Source of the DNA: Euglena gracilis
Taxonomy: Eukaryota
NCBI GenBank assembly: GCA_039621445.1
Contig: CP154954.1
Coordinates: 12,890,716-12,954,715 of the forward strand
DNA: 64,000 nt
Direction of reading: 5' to 3'
Position numbers and translations under genes: made by a program. Each line of letters begins with the position of its first letter. The stretch's first letter is position 1. Under the pieces are notes generated by a model, which made no database searches, was not told the origin of the DNA, and saw nothing but the letters and a program-made list of their open reading frames with translations. Shown here piece by piece: positions 26,303 to 39,155 of this stretch.

Positions 26303-26650
26303 CAAATTTTCATTTAGTGTGCCGCGTAAATTTCTTTTTTCTGCTCCGCGTGCGCCGCGGCATTAGAAATTTTGTGACCGCGTGCGCCGCGGAAGGTTTC
26401 ATTCTGTGCGCCGCATGTACCGAAGGCACAGCCATCCGAATTATCCCCTGTCCGTGCCATAACAAAAGAAGGCATGTGCCGCGGGAACGTCATTGGTGCG
26501 CCGTGGGTGTGTTGTTGGTGCGCCGCGGCAGCTTTTCAGGTGCGTCGCAGGTGTGCCGCGGCAAAAATTCAATTGTTTGCCGCGTGCGCCTCGGAAATGG
26601 ATCTTTTGTGCGACGACATACTTCGCCGCGGCGCACTAAATGAAAGTTTG
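26303..26650. mobile_element. Inverted-repeat (MITE-like) element
   Basis: 24-bp IR with 2 mismatches (caaattttcatttagtgtgccgcg / cgcggcgcactaaatgaaagtttg) and internal gtgcgccgcgg-type repeats. No TSD identified. Confidence 0.65.
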
Positions 26651-27375
26651 GGGCGAGATCACAAGCTGGGAGGCCAAGTTTGTATGCAATGAGCAGGCGG
26701 GCCAAGCGCCTGGCTCATGTGGCAGTTCGCTCCAACAAGTTTTGCCTTTGCCGGACTGGGCTGAAGGTTGCCCTTGCTTTGTATTAACAGCCCCCCCCCC
26801 CCGCAGCCGGGGCTGGCTGGCTCTCTGAAAACCAATGATCGGCATTCCCGTATTGGGAAGGCAGAAATATTTTTCCGCATGTTTCCGAAAGGCGGATTTC
26901 CACCTTCTGAATTTCTCAAAAAGGTAAAGGGGATGCCCACCCCGTCCCGCACACAGCGGGCAGGTCCGAAGACCTGGGCGGTTTCGGAACCAGCCGGGCC
27001 ATCCTTCTCAATCCACCGAAGCCCGGCCAGTGGTGGGTGACTGCCTTGGTTCTGGGCATGCTCTGTGGGTGGGCTAGTCATGGACCGAAAGGGATGGCGA
27101 CCCCGGGCCACCCACAGGTGAGTCACGTCCCCTTGGGCACCCTGGAGAGCAACTCCGCAGTCACATGGCCCTCGAGTGTGCCCCACACCCGCGGAACGGC
27201 CCGTGTGCTCCAGTTGCCAAGGGGCTTGGGGCCATGGTATGTCCCACTTCGCTTGCTGCTCTGCGGACAGGGTTGGTGGGGCACAGGCTGCCGTCCGCCT
27301 GAACATGGTTCGGTCTTGTTCCGGGAGTGGCGTGAGTGGTTGAGGCCCTTGGGGGGGGGGCATGGTGGTGGTGCC

Positions 27376-27406
27376 TGGAACCAGGGTTGTCAGCCTCCCC
27401 AATTCT
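27376..27406 (-). other. Variant 2A-like motif RIGEADNPG(P)
   Basis: aga att ggg gag gct gac aac cct ggt [t] cca. Removing one base restores NPGP and joins the long open frame of ORF 26659-27594. Confidence 0.55.
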
Positions 27407-29164
27407 GGAACTTTCGTGCCAGTCATGTGTGTGGCGCTCGAGATCCGTGGGGCGCTCAGCATTATGGGCTGCGGCGGCTTCTTGCCATTCTTGGATGATG
27501 CTTCGTTGCTGGGGGCCGCATGAGGCCCAGATTTTGTTGTGCAGGTCTGGGTCCCATGACTCGCAGATGGCCCTTCCTCGTCCGGTTTTTTCATAGTCCG
27601 TCAAACCCGCTTTCCACCCCTCGTATTTGATGCACAGATTCACAGATCAGATTGCATAAACCCCGCCACGGTGTGGTTCGGTCTATGGCTTGTGACGTCC
27701 CCCGTGCTGTTCTCAGGCCCGCCTGGGTTCACCGAGGGTGAGATCCTTGGCGGTGTCACCCCCAGTTCAATGCACAGCGTAAATTCCGCCACATGTCATA
27801 CGATGTCCGTGGGTGTAGAGGCGGAATGTGATGCACAAGACAGTTGTGCCCATGCTTCGAGCTCGGGTGCACATTCCTACAGCATGGAATCACAACGCCA
27901 ATGTAGAGAATGGTATTTCCTCACCCCAAGTTTAATGTTCAATCAGCCCAATGGGACAAAAGACTCTGCAAGGGGCAGCACAAATGCCCATCAAAAGCCA
28001 TGCGGTTCTTTTAAGCAAGCAGCATGTGGCCGTCGTTTGGGCTCGAAATGCATGGGCATACTCTTGCGTTGACGACCCACTCTTCCACCAGCAATTTGAC
28101 ACAAGGAGCCATTCCACATGTCCTCCTTGGATCATTCATAGAAAAAACTCGTCATGAAACACCCAAACCATACTTTGAATCCTACTAAGTTCAAAAATTG
28201 CCAAAAAAATGGCCAAAAACATCCCAAAATGCAAAAAAAAAATGCAACTTTATGATTTTTTTTCATTTTTTTTGTCAAGGAAAATTTTGGCAAAAATGAC
28301 CCAAAACTTGCCAAAAATGATTGAAAATGCGCGTTGAAAAAAATTTTCCAGAGCAAAACCTTGTTGGCATTTTTTTTTTAAAAAAAACCATTGTTTTAAT
28401 AATAAAAAAATAAAAAACAGCGTCCAAAAAAACAAGCTGCCAACTATGTTTGAAGGATTTCCTGTTTTAATGTTGGATGTCTTGTATCATGATTGATTGC
28501 CGTGTGTTGTCTGACGTTATGGGAAAGCCATTGACTACATCCTCACAATTTCGTTATGTATATGGTCCTGCATCCCCGAACATTCTCAAATACAGTAGGC
28601 AGTGCCGCTGGTCAGTGGATTCAGTTCGCCCCACCGTTATGTCAGAATCCAAGGTGTTAGGTATTAGGGCACTGCACATAATTAGGGCATTGTGCACTCG
28701 CTGGCCCAAATGGTGTGGGCCAGCGTTTGCTTCTGATGCTTGGGGCGTCCCCCTCTTTTGGATGTTGCATGGAGACTCGCCCGGGCTCTCCGAGGTCGGG
28801 ATTCTTAGCAGCCTCACCCCCGGGTCAAGCCATTGCTGCTTACAGGTTGGGCACACCTCACCTCTGGGGCGCCCCCCTCTCCATGCCCCGGCCAGTGGAC
28901 GGATTAGGGCACTCCCATTTGCGCCGCTTGCGATGGCGCACGCGTGACTCCCGGTCGATGATCACCGTGTCCAGGACTCGGGGTTGGGAGGTATGGGAGG
29001 CGGCGGCGGTGGGGCAAGGCGGCGGTGTCATCTCGACCAGCAGGTCGTCGATGCCCCCAGGAAAGGGTGTCGGGTGGCTGAAGACAGCGAGGAAAGCTCC
29101 ACGGGAGAGGGCATGTGGAGGGCTGTGGCCCATGGAGCTGGGGGCGTGCGATTGGGGCCAGAGC

Positions 29165-29525
29165 GGAGCCATTTCCTTGGAGAACCAGCTGCGGAGCTCA
29201 CGAACGCGAAAGTGGGTGACATTCCATCGCTGGAAGAGGAAGCGGCTCCACACGGACTGCACAAGGCGGCGTGAATACCCCCGCCGCCAGATCGCATTAC
29301 GGAGGACGTTGGCCACGGACTGCTTAAAATACCCCATGTGGCTGCAGGCCATCCGGGCGAACTCCAGGCGACCCATGATGACCCCGCCCAGCTGCTCGGT
29401 GGGAGCTGCTCGGCGTCGGTGGCCAGGGGGCAGCGGACGATGTGGTCGGGGTACTCCTCCTCGCGGTTGTGGATGGTGGTGTGCACCACCCGCTCCCCTT
29501 TTGTATGGCATTGTATATACATCCT
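29165..29525 (-). pseudogene. Penelope-like element RT thumb / C-terminal relic
   Basis: MYIQC..VVHTTIHNREEEYPDHIVRCP / (frameshift) APTEQLGGVIMGRLEFARMACSHMGYFKQSVANVLRNAIWRRGYSRRLVQSVWSRFL resembles the PLE thumb pattern T.lydKR..F...I.rfP...P.....gv...L.R....CS....F........L..rGY. The catalytic core is not present. Confidence 0.7.
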
Positions 29526-32500
29526 TCAGTCTTCAGTGATGTGGGCTGCTGCCTTTCGATGATGCTGCTCTTGCCGCGGTGGTGCTTGTTGCGGGTGGGG
29601 CTGGGGTGCCGATGGCCAGCACAGTACAGTGTGCCAGATAGTGCCTCTCTGGCCAGGTGCTGTCCATCGTGCCATTTTGATGCAGACTCGCTGCCCCCAA
29701 CTGCAGCCGTGCCCTCTGGGCCTGGTGGTGCTGATTACTGCTTTGATCAGGCATTGGACTGGCATGGGAAACTGTGCGCGCCCATGCCAGTCCCTGCGTT
29801 CCCCTGAGCAAGGCGGCCACTGCCCCAGTGTCCAGCCCCGGAAGTGGGCGTTGGTGGCTGCACACTCTCTCTTTTGTCATGAAGGTGGTCACGCCTTTGG
29901 CATGTTTTTGTCCATGGCCGCCGTCGCCGCTGCTGGGGTCTTGGTTCACCCATCAGCCCGACCACCTTCACCCAAAATGTTGCAAAGGGTCACTTGCAAG
30001 GCAATTTATGGGGAGCTTTGAACTCACCAGGGAGGTAAGAGGCTTCACCCCATGACCCTCTCCCTCTCTCCCTCCCTCTCTTTTTTTCAATTCCTGTGAG
30101 CTCGTTTTGGACAGTCTGTACCACGCAGAATATATATACCCTCACTAAATGATTTATCCCACAATGATTGTGTCTCTTATTCGAAAAATTCCCTCTCTCT
30201 CTCTATGTGTGTGCGTGCTCGCATAAATATTCATATATTTTCATTGGAAATTCAAAGGTGTTCTTAGGCAGCCCTAAATTAAAGGTTTTTTTTCCTTGCT
30301 GCCCCACAACCATTGTTTGCTCTTTGTGTCATTTTGTTCAATATCTTTATATTTTCAACGATGGGTGGAAAAACCACACTGAGATGGGTGTGTTTGGTTT
30401 TTCATAGTTTCGATTCTATCGTGTGTTCCGTTGACAGGGGTATATTCAACACTTGCGCCTCATCCCCCCCCCCAGGTCTCCCCCATGTCGTTCAACCAAC
30501 CCCTGGTCGTTGACTGCAAAACATTGGTCATATGAAGGGGGGGGTGGCTGTTGTTACCGGCGGTGGGAAGGACTTGAGCTGCTGTCACTGTCCATTTTGC
30601 TGCAAGGTTGGCAAGACAAATTTAGCATTTGGGGCATGTATTTCGCCTGCGGTTGTCAGTCATAGCTTCAGGATTTACTCACCTTTCCCTGGGGTCCTCT
30701 GGACAACTGGGAAATGAGGTGCTGGTTTGTTCCCCTGGAGGGGGAAATTCAATGGGGTCCAGCCCCAGCAACTGGTACCCCAAAAGCAGCCCAAATACAA
30801 CTGGGTTGGCATTTTTTTTCACTAAAATTTGCAGCCGAAAACCCCAAACCCGCAAAAAAAATGCCATTTTGGGATTTTGTGGGCTATTTTTCGCCCTTTT
30901 TTCAAAAATGTTGGTACGCCTGGCTTCACTGGGTGGTCGGTGGGCCCCCTGTGGGGTCCACAGCCCACCTGGGAGGGCTGGCTGCTGGATGGCTGGCTGG
31001 ACCCCCCCGAGGGCAGGGCCCATCCGGCTTAAGAAAATCCTTGCATACACTACTCCAGTGGCATTGTTCGTTCATTCGTTTTGTTTGAGCAGTTGTAGTT
31101 GGTCCGTTTGCAAGTTTGGTGCCATTCCACTCAGCAGGACGGACAGTGAAGCGGCTTGCCAGTGATAGCCAGTCTCCGCCTTCTACCCATGCCCTTGGTG
31201 CACATGCCACGCCTCTACCAATTGCAAGCCATTCCTTCGTTCATGATCCCTATTCTTTCAAAGGTCCCTGGTTTAATGCGAAGAGAATCCTTCGTTTTCT
31301 TTTCAGAGGAGTCTTGGCAAACCAGACAAAAGAATGTGAACCATGTTTGTAAAGCGGTTTTATTGTCACCCACCCACCCACCAGCCCAACGCACAGGAAA
31401 AAGTTCTTTTTTTCATTTCTTAAGTTTTTTGTGTGCACCATTCCTCTGCAAGCGGTTAGCGACTTTTTGCAGTTTTGTTTTGTTTTTTTCTCAAAAATGA
31501 ATTTGAAATCATTGTGTTCAATGTGTTTTTTCAGGTTCGCTTGGAAAATTATTTTGCAAAATTTTTATCACATTGAATCCAGGGACTGCGCCAATGGACC
31601 CCGTGCCATATGCTGACACCTCCCAGCATCTTCCTCCCAGCCTGAGAATGGAACGCGAAGTCAAAACTCTTTGTTATCAGAAAGTTTTGTCACCAAAGAT
31701 ATTGCCTGAGCTAATTGATTGAGACATAATCAAAAAAGGATTGGACCATGGACTATTTCCCCCCAAATTTGAGGTTGTACACCTTACATTAACAGCTTTG
31801 GAGCAACATTTCTGCCTCATTGTGCAACTTGTGTAACCCCCCCAAAAAAGCACCAGGAAAATTCAGTGGGAATGTGCCCTGTGTCCACAAGCCCCCCCAT
31901 GGATGAGTAATTCGTTTTTGGCCCAAACCCTTTGGGGGGTCAGCAAAAAACAACAACATTGAAATGACCCGGGAAATTTTTGGTGTTTTTTGATTGTGAT
32001 CAATTTGGATTTAGAGTATTTAGGTCCAGAGTGACCAACCCCCCGGGCCTGGGGGGATTATTGACTGGTTTCTTTTTTTAAAAAAGATGACCGACTCGTC
32101 GTGGAAAGAGTCGAAGTAACAATGCCAGGGCCTTTCTTAGGTGACGTAACTTGCATTTAAGGAATTTGCCGGTGTGTGCGAATTCTCACAACGTTTTTCA
32201 AAAATCAACCACTGCATCTGGGGAAACAAATATCTGCTTGTTTCACGCCTCTCGATACTGATAATGTATATTGCAAAAATTGGTGCCCCCACTCAGAGGT
32301 GGGGGTGGGGGGTGGGGTGGGGGGGTGAATCCAATAATAATTTCCTTGTTTCTGTGTGCATTTTTCGCTGTGAAATGTGCTTTCTATATCGGGGAACTGT
32401 TTGGGTAAAAAAAAACGGGAAAAATTCTTTGCACAAAAGGGTATGAAAGTGGCATTTTGAGTTTTATTTGAGGGGGGCGGGGGAAGGGGAGATCCAGGGG

Positions 32501-34769
32501 TGGGCAGCCCCTCCCCCGGGTAAAGCCAAAAAAATTCACATTTTAGAACCATTTTTCAGGGGGGAAAACATCGAAGAATGTGAAGTTTTTGAAAAGGGGG
32601 GATTAGTGGGGGGCAGGGGGAGAGGGGAGGTGCAGCCCCCTCCCCCCCTCAGCCAAAAAATCACTTTTGCCATTTTCAAAACAAATGGCACCCACGCGCG
32701 CGTCAGTGGGGGGTGGGGAGGGGTGAGGGAACGATGGGGGGGGGTAGGGTGGGCGGGTATGCGGGTGGTGTGGGGGGGGATGTGGGGGCAAATTGCTCGT
32801 GGGGACACTAATTTTTGCAGTATTTCCGTTTTACATCACGGAGGTATCTGCGCAATACGGGCGGAGCGGCAGATTCGCGTCTTTGTCTGTGAAACGGGTG
32901 GATTGTACACGCCGGCTGTGCGGATGTTGTAATTGCAGGTTGTCAGGTGCTGCACACAGGTTTCATGACGATGGTTTCATATGATTTGGACGATGTGATG
33001 TGCAGCTAGAGTATATTATGATTGCGACATGAAAAACACACCTCCGAAATATTGTATGTTAAAATTTGGGCACATCGACCATTTGTGTGTTTTTGCAAGT
33101 AAAAAGTACACAAGTGGTCGATGTGTGCAAATGCAAACATCGACCATTTGGCAAAAATATTCAGGTAGTCGGTGTGTGCAAATGCACGAACTGACCATTT
33201 TGCACAGATCCACAAATGGTTGGCGTATGCAAATATGCACGTGTTCAGTGTACCGCAATCCATCTCTTCAGCTGAAGTTGTGGAAAAGATCTTTTTTTTT
33301 GCCTCATAAAAAGTTAAAAGCTGCCTTTTTTTGTTTTCAGCTGGTCAAATTGTTTAAGGTTTGTGAATGGGAACAGTGTGCAATGTGCGACGAAGAACGG
33401 TTGCAAACGTCCCTCTGTTTTTTTTTTAGCATTTTGACGGTTTATGTAAACCGACATGAAAACGATTGGAGGTAGGAGATAAGACATTCATTGCCCATGG
33501 AGCGGAGGCAATCGTTTTGTCACAGAACGTGACCTACCGAACAGGATGCACTGCCAGAGACCGGAATTTCTTCCCCGTGTAATCATTCAGCATCCACAAT
33601 GTTTATACAAAAAAAAAAAAAACAAGTTCCAGAATTCAAAGTGTGCATCTATAATCTTCTGGTTACCTGGGTCTGGAGCCGGTTTCCCATTTTTTACACC
33701 GTGCTGTTTCAAATCAAATCTCAAATATCTGTATCCAAAACACCACCTTTTTGTTGCTCTTGTGGCTACATTGTGATGATGCCAGTTTTCTATGGACCTG
33801 TAGCATGTCCCCCCCCCAATACTGATTACCCGGTCGTAGAGGATAACGTACCAGCCTCGGTGGTGGTTGTTGACAGCCTGGTGGCTGCCAGAACGCCATA
33901 ACCTGCAATCATGTAATGTGACGGCTGCGGCCAAACGAAATCAATGGGACGAACGGCAGGGGCTTTTGAGGATTAACCATCGACCCATTGGCGCGGGTGA
34001 GCGTGAGGCGCGACGTGCTCTTGGTTAACCGCATACCAGAGGTCTTTGTCTCCATTTTCACCTGGCCCCTGAAACACCTCCTTGTAGAGCAGAGGATGTG
34101 GCAGCTGGACTCGTGCAAACCCGAAGATACCAATGCCGGTGGTGGTTGGGGCGGCATACGATGTGGTCTGTTTGAAGAAACACATCCCCATTATGGACCA
34201 TTTCCCCTGCGGCCTGCACACAACTTGACAAACACCCCAGACACGCCCTCTTTCCCTCTCCTAAACCCCCCATCATTTTTAAATAAGATGTTTATCACCC
34301 CTGATCCCACTATGGGTATGAAAACCGAATTGCACAAAAAAAAGATTTTTTCCCGTTTTCATCCCCAAACAAAATAACAAAATAAATTATTTCACCCCCA
34401 CACCCCCCCCCCCAATGCTCCTTCAGAAAGAAAGTTGTTTTTACCCCACAACCCGTGAGGGAAAATTATTTGTGGGGGTGTTGAAGACGTATTTTTGGGA
34501 TCATTTTTTTCATTATCGTTCGCGACAATTAATTTTCCGTTACATTTGATGAATAAAATACAATTCTACTGCAGCTCAATTGGCAGAGTGTCTATTTTGT
34601 GTGATTTTCAGATTACATGAGGCACCTGGCTCCTCACTCGAGCCTCCTCGAGCCTCCTTCAGGAGACCTCCTCGGCCGGGTTCCATTTTTTTTTGGAGAC
34701 CCCAAGGCAGGAAAAAACAAAAATGTCTGTCAAAATTCCGAGGAGAAGCGGAGAGAAAAACCGGGTGTT

Positions 34770-34808
<39 letters not shown>

Positions 34809-34847
34809 TGTGTGTGTGTGTGTGCGTGTGTGTGTGTGTGTGTGTGT
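34770..34847 (+). repeat. (GT)n microsatellite (shorter tracts at ~4656-4696 and ~35050-35078)
   Basis: Direct reading. Confidence 0.95.
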
Positions 34848-37106
34848 TCCAAGCCTGCCGTGCATGCCGGGGATTTTGTGCCATCCAGAAATAAAAAACA
34901 GCTCGAAAAAAAAACAAGAAATCGGTCAAAGCAGGATTGACAGCCCCCAAAGAAGAGAATTCGCTTGGATCTGTCACACTCGTACTCCCCATCGATCCAA
35001 GTCCGCGGAGTCCTGGAAGTGCTGTCGAAGAAATCAAATTCCAGAAGTTTGTGTGCGTGTGTGTGTGTGTGTGTGTGTTTGCCCACACCAACCAAAAGAA
35101 GTCTATGTGCGAGTTACACCAGCCCACCACCCAAGTCAGTAAAAAATGTGTCGTCGTGGCATTTCAAGTCAGTTTGGCACCCCGCCACCCACCCACCCAC
35201 TGCTGGAAAGGGCTGTTGTGTCCAATGTGGCTTTGGCCTTTAATCTTTGGCCTTTAATGGCCATTCCAGTGTCGGCCATTCCCATGTTCTCACTCCCACA
35301 TCACAGCCATATAGCCACTGTGTGGGCCATGTTTGCCGCATTCTTTTTAGTTTACACCTCCTGCTACAAGTTCATATGTGCTGCTTCTCTTTTCCAGATA
35401 TTTTCATTTTCATTCACCCTTTCTCAACTCACCCCATTCTCTTTTTGATTTCTGATTCTGATTCTTTATATATATTTTTTATTGAACTTGAACACCAGAA
35501 AAATGGACAACCTCAGTGAGATGTGAAGAAACCACGACTCTTTTTGGAAGGGTATTTGGAAGGGCAACTCACATACACACATCAAAAATCTCTCTGAAAT
35601 GATACGGATGAATCTGGGGTTGTTCCATTGGAACTGGTTGCTCCAGCATAGCAAGTGCGTTGCAAGTATGTTGCTGAGATAGACAGACAGGTAGGCACCC
35701 AAATAATGCGAAACACAAAGAATGAGAGGAAGGGGCAGGGTTGGAGTGTCTACCCAGGGATTTCGGGAACCTTCAAAACCCAATGTGTGATGTGTGATGG
35801 GTGGTGTGTGGAGTGGTAGACCCCCCACCCCCCAGCCAGGCCATATTATTGGGACTGGCAGTGGGCTTGCCGGTTTTTAGATCGGAATTCCCACCAGTCT
35901 TCCCGTGCGCCCTTCCCCCCCCCTCTTAGGGGGCACCCACAAGACTCTTGGGGTCCCCTGCTGGAGGCGGGGTTTTGGCTATTTTTGGCACGAGGCACCG
36001 ACTTTTTTTTACCCTCCAAATTACCTCCCAAAAGTGGGTCCCCAGACCTGTCTCTCCCCAGAGTGGTGGGGGTGGACCCCTGTGCTGGTATCCCTGGCTG
36101 GGGGCTGGGGGGGAACCGGGACCCCCCCCTGGTCTTTCAAGAAAAACCCTGATTTATATGCAAGAGAGAGAGGCAGATATTAGCGATTCCGGAGAGGCAG
36201 ATATTGGTTGTTATGTACATTGCATTACATTTTGTAATTCCATTTTTGTCATCCTCTGACACGAATCAACCAAATATTCCTAGGGCATGTCATTTTGCAA
36301 CTCACAGCTCCCAATTCTCCCAATATATAGTTTGCTTGTTATTCGGTTCTGAGTTAGGAACACAATATGATTTCGTCCATTTTCCATCCTTGTCTGTTGC
36401 CTGTCAACAGAACCTTTATTTGTGCCGTTGCTGCTGCAGCAGGTCATTTTTTTTTCCACTCAGTCCATCGCCGTGGAATACTGATGCAACTGAGTAATTG
36501 CGAAGTCCGCTGGGTGAGAGGGAGGGAGGAACGTTTGCCCTGCCCTGTTGTTGCCAGTCAGCCTTTGTCACAAACAGCCCAGACGCTGCAGAACGAGGGG
36601 GCCACACAGTAATGTTCACCTCACGTTTCCAAACAAAGGCCATCCTGAAGCAATAATTTCCCGGATTGTCGCTGTTTTTAATTTGAAATTAACCCAAGCG
36701 AACCAGCGCCTCTTTTCACCGTTTTTATATGCATACCTCGCACACAAAAGTACATTCATAGAACACAGGAGCAGTCGACGTGGCGATATTTGTGAATGTT
36801 GAAAGTTGATAATTGGACAAAGGTCCCCCCTGAAATTATAATACCAGAGATTTTCAATCCAGAGGAGAGTGGAGAAGAACGGAAGTCCAGATAACTCCGT
36901 GTACCACGGTGTTTATTTGATATATGTTCCAAGAATGAGACCGGTGAAATGGAGCAGGAGCACACCACGCTGCGGACCAGTTCCTTGGAGCCTTTTTGCT
37001 CCAAGGTTGTAGTAGAACCTCCCCCCTCGTGATAGCTGACCTTCAACCTCAGCCACAAGACAAGGAGCCTGGCTTCTGGTTCTGTAACATATGATTCATA
37101 TATAAT

Positions 37107-38112
37107 GGGGATGCCCACCCCGCAGTGCCGGCACTGCGTGGCACTGCATGGCACCGCGTGGCACTGCGTGGCACTGCGGGCCGTTTACAGGGAGGGGCAA
37201 AATATGCACCGTGCAGTTTTTGCAGTTTTTTGCAGTTTTCACATTTTGGGTTTTTTGCAGTTTTTTGCAGTTTTTTTGCAGTTTTTCTGAAAAAAAACTA
37301 CACACGTGCAGTTTTTTGCAGTTTTTTTTGATTTCAGTTTTGAGGAAACCTGAGGTGCTCATTTTTTGGTGCTCTGCGCCTTGTTACGCTGTATATATTG
37401 TTTGAAGGGTGTTTCTCAAGAAAAAGTCTCTCTCAAGAAATCTCTTCATGAGTTGTGATGTGTACAGTAATCCCGCCAGTTGTCTTGATCCAACTGTTTG
37501 CGAGATTCGTGGAGACGCAAAGGAGCACGAGCTTTGCAGAAGATTGGGCCTTGTCCCAAGCATTTTGGCCAAATATCACACAAGCCAAATGCTTCAAAGA
37601 AGTCATCCTTATTTGCAAGAAATTCCCAGACCATTCGGCAATCCCCTAAAGACAGTATTCAAAGTTTGTGATGGTTGTTGTAGATTTTTTTTTAGTTTCG
37701 TAGATTTTTCTGCATCGTGACATGGGTGAAGTTCACCAGGTGATGGACCAAATGTTCCAAAACTGAACATCCCATTCATGAATTAAAAGCATAGAAACTT
37801 TCTGCATATGGGTATGTGCATTTTATTATGTGAACCAGCATCCAAACCAAACACATGACGTGTGTTCGACATTTCTAGCCAGATGTGGCAAATTGGCCCA
37901 AAAAGGCAAAAAGTTGCACAAAACAACCACAATTGCCCTTGATGGCCCTAAAGTTCCAATGATGCAAAAACTAGTTTTAAGGGCCCGCAGTGCCACGCAG
38001 TGTGACGCAGTGCCACGCAGTGCCACGCAGTGCCCACGCAGTGCCACGCAGTGCCACACGCAGTGCCACACGCAGTGCCACGCAGTGCCGGCACTGCCGG
38101 GTGGGCATCCCC
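37107..38112. mobile_element. TIR DNA element with subterminal 10-bp repeats
   Basis: Left end ggggatgcccaccccgcagtgccggcactgcgtggcac; the right end is its near-perfect reverse complement. (GCACTGCGTG)n arrays face inward. TSD unclear. Confidence 0.8.
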
Positions 38113-38939
38113 AAAGTCAATTTCCCACACAGGGGATTTCTTAAGGACCCCGGGGGGGTCCAGCCTCCGGCTGGAAAAAAGGCCGCTCACAGCCATTTTT
38201 GTGATTGTCATTCAGCCATTTGGCTATTTTTTTTTTACTTGGTTTAGTGTTTTGTGCATCTTTTTTTTTTGGCTGCTTTGTTACTTCTGCCATTACTTTC
38301 TGGCTGATTCTGGCTGACTCGGTCATTTTTCAGTGACATTTTCCTTGTTGTTGGCATTTCTGAAGCGATATTACGATCAATCTTTCTGTTTTCATTGGTT
38401 GCAGCAATTTCTGGGTGGATCTCCCCAGTCGGCGCAGTCATTGTCAAATAATTACGGATAATTATGGATCGCAACAAATGGTGCCCCATGCTCTGATTGT
38501 TGTCTTATTGACCACCTCTCAATAGCGATGCGAGGCTTGCAGCTGTCATTCAGTCTCCGCCTAAGACCCCGTGACCTGGTTGCTGTTGCCGTGCCCACGC
38601 CTGACGTAAACACCCCATCTCCTCACCCGTGACCCATGACCCATATCTATTCACTCCGTACTTTGTTTGACGAGGTGTCTCTCGCATTCCAAGCAGGGAG
38701 CCGCTTAAGCCGAAGGGCGCCTCATCCCCAGGCCCACCAAATTTCTAAACGTACAAAGTTGGCCCCCTAAGGTTGCCCCCCGCCTTTCCTTCAATCATGA
38801 CGTGGTTCACATGTGTCGAAGTTGAAGTTTTCGCCGTTCCGGGTTCCCCACTTGTCTGTGGACCCCGGGGTATTAACCAGGTTTTGTGCAGTGCTGAGCC
38901 CCTGACGTTGCCATTGCTGCAGCAAATGTTTGAGGCTTG

Positions 38940-39155
38940 TGGCCAGGCCCAGCGGCCCGGCCCGGTCTGGTGGCACGGCCGGTAGCCCGGCCTGGCAGCC
39001 CACCGCTTTCCCGGCCTGGAAGCCCGGCGGCCGGCCCGTCCGGCAACCTGGCGGCCCGGCAGCCCGGCCCGGCCCGGAGGGCACCCCGGCAGCCTGGCCC
39101 GGCTGGCAACCCGGCGGCCGGACTGGCAGCCCGCGTGGCCTGGGTCCGGGAGGCC
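38940..39155. repeat. GC-rich degenerate (CCGG/GGCAGCCC) repeat
   Basis: Direct reading; lies in a copy-B-specific insert. Confidence 0.8.

Larger units (their letters stand above)
1655..34560 (+). repeat. Segmental duplication, copy A (diverged backbone with copy-specific insertions)
   Basis: Collinear anchors shared with copy B, e.g. ccacttgtctgtggacccc 2381/38848, cacctcttgcaatctgaagtgtgccactg ~7721/42243, ctctcctctctgtcgctgccctgcgg ~16930/54322, gctccatcgattgccaccgactccgcc ~25123/59448, ggaccccgtgccatatgctgac ~31596/61126, cttcagaaag ~34421/63865. Ends approximate. Confidence 0.85.

Noticed and set aside
33774-34170. Conserved backbone block as a minus-strand coding exon (paralog ~62565-62950)
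   Set aside because: The two copies switch frames relative to each other several times; no single frame can be supported.
34571-34598. 13-nt match to the Euglena spliced leader (GAGTGTCTATTTT) overlapping a tRNA D-arm-like GCTCAATTGGCAGAGT
   Set aside because: Too short, no downstream B box or SL context; may be chance.
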